DNA of 63,055 bases, the filler included, from Nemertoderma westbladi (lineage: Eukaryota > Animalia > Xenacoelomorpha): NCBI GenBank assembly GCA_032718475.1. It is 3 parts of 3 records of this genome, joined end to end, with 100 filler letters (N's around TTAATTAATTAA, not from the genome) between each part and the next. Parts side by side here need not be neighbours in the genome. Positions count along the whole stretch, not along the records: positions 52,956 to 63,055 come from JAUCBJ010004066.1; 2 more parts are not named here. The stretch is one strand, 5' to 3'. This document shows positions 61,442 to 63,055 of the stretch, piece by piece. Below the pieces are notes generated by a model. It searched no databases. It was not told where the DNA came from and saw only the letters and a program-made list of their open reading frames with translations. Both the position numbers and the translations under genes were made by a program. How positions within the stretch are numbered: position 1 is the first letter of the stretch; every line of letters starts with the position of its first letter.

Positions 61442-62484
61442 GTTATTTATAGGAACATCTGTTCTACGACGGCAGTAGCTTGCAGGTATCATATGTTGTA
61501 CCTGCAGGGTTGTTCTGGGTTTTGGAAACTCTCGGTCCCAACACCGAGATTGTATAATTCCATTCGTTACCAGAAGTGCTCACATTCGTAACAGAGAGCA
61601 CAACTGAGCCAATATATTCGTTCGCAGATGCACGGATTTTTAAAAAGAACAAAAAGAGAGGAAACGGGAACTCAAATTTGTAATTGGGCACTCGACAGCC
61701 TATTATGATATTCCATATTACTACAGTATAATACGTCGGAAATAAAGGGCAGTTCCTTATCGGGGCGCTAGCTCCGTCATTACTACACTAGTAAAGATAT
61801 TAATTATTTTATTAGGAAATGTTGCAATGAATTGAACAGAACAGGATCATATGTTACAACATTGTGTGAGTGTTTGTTGCAAGTTGAAATAAGAAAATCA
61901 ATACCGGTATGATAATGTAGGAAGATAAAATGTAGGTAGATACCGTAGCAACTGCAAAACTAGAAATGTGTAAATCAATAGACGTATACAGTATTGTTTA
62001 ATGAGATACTGCCATCGCTCCTTCATAACATTACTGTAGCTATGTATATAGTACATGCCATGTGATGCACTACTAAGCCCACGGAATGTTATAGTATAAT
62101 ACAGTATTAAGCCAGTTTATTCTCTTATATTATTATACAGTATATATTATTTCTTATGAACTTGTTAAAACATATAATTAAAAAAGGTGGATCTTCGCAA
62201 TGCGAGATTTTAGGTTAACCAATGCTTTAAGCAAATGTACTGTAGGTGCTGTAGGTAGGTTGATCTCGATTGCTGCAAAGCTATACAATCAGCCCTCCCA
62301 GCCAAAAAAATCGATGAAAAAAAGGAAAAAAGGAATTTATATTTTCAAAAAAAAAAAGGATAGGATGCAGTTCAGAAAAAGGACAAAAAGGATCGGATAC
62401 GGTTCAAAAAAAGGGAAAAACTGAATTGATATTATCTTTAAAAAAGGATAGTAAACACGTTCGTGGGGACTTCGCGCAGCACGA

Positions 62485-62850
62485 GAGTGCATGCATACGT
62501 ACAAATTTTGGTTTAATTTAATCTGCAATTGCCCGACTTATTTCGGTTTTTATAAAAAGTCTGAACTGCAATTGCCCGACTTATTTCGGTTTTTATAAAA
62601 AGTCTGAAACCACCGGTACCGACTGACCTATTTTTAGTAACTTCAGATACTTTCCAAACTTTTAATGGACTGCATACGTACAAGTTTGGTTTAATTCATC
62701 ATTTGATTGAACGACTTATTTCAGTTTTTATCAAAAGTCTGAAACTACCGGTACCGAGTGTCCGACAGTCTTATTTTGATAAAAACTCAGATTATTTCTA
62801 AATTTCTAATAGACTGCATGCATAATGTAATAAAAGTTGGTTTAATTCTA
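62485..62850. repeat. Local tandem duplications (43-bp x2 within degenerate longer units)
   Basis: CTGCAATTGCCCGACTTATTTCGGTTTTTATAAAAAGTCTGAA twice; TGCATACGTACAA..TTTGGTTTAATT recurs. Confidence 0.7.
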
Positions 62851-62905
62851 GTAATTATTGTTGGCTTTAAAAAAATTTAATATAAAAAACGTGCAAAATA
62901 AGTTT

Positions 62906-62986
62906 CGCCAGAGATATGATTCGAACCAGCGCGAGAAGATCCATTGGATGGATAGTCCAACGCCTTATCCACTCAGCCAACACCGC
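62906..62986 (-). pseudogene. tRNA-Ser-like pseudogene or SINE head
   Basis: TGGCTGAGTGGATAAGGCG A box, TTGGA/TCCAA anticodon stem, long variable arm, GGTTCGAATC B box; acceptor and T stems are broken. Confidence 0.7.
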
Positions 62987-63055
62987 TCGAGGTAACGAGC
63001 TGGCCAATGAAGGTATTAAAGTTTTATACTGCAATTTCATAATCACTACTGATAA

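Noticed and set aside
62906-62986. Functional tRNA gene
   Set aside because: Acceptor and T stems do not pair and the anticodon loop does not fit a Ser-type body.

Overview
Eukaryotic (invertebrate animal-like) genomic DNA made of three pieces joined by two artificial 100-bp spacers (N44-TTAATTAATTAA-N44 at 30441-30540 and 52856-52955), so adjacency across the spacers is not established. Piece 1 (1-30440) carries nine phase-compatible exons of a BIRC6/Bruce/Apollon gene (N-terminal part with the BIR domain; no UBC domain here). Its introns hold an almost full-length RTE-type LINE, RTE 3' fragments, a TTA-TSD DNA element and several minisatellites, two of which overlap splice sites. Piece 2 (30541-52855) is a nest of LTR retrotransposons. 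It has four diverged ~1.15-1.2 kb LTRs of one family (TGTAAAAGCTTTTG...GCG(C/T)GAACA) with ~2 kb leaders and a gag-position ORF, the 3' end of a second LTR family, and an 8-bp-TSD DNA element. Piece 3 has a 5'-truncated CR1-type LINE, a Penelope-type minimal hammerhead-like motif, an intronless BLOC1S4 gene, MITEs and tRNA-derived elements. The main finding is that the three 5' LTRs have no tRNA-type primer-binding site. Instead, the 12-15 nt directly after each LTR are perfectly complementary to a site ~0.4 kb inside the same LTR, and the two sites co-vary between copies. This points to a tRNA-independent, self-priming (Tf1-like) retrotransposon family.
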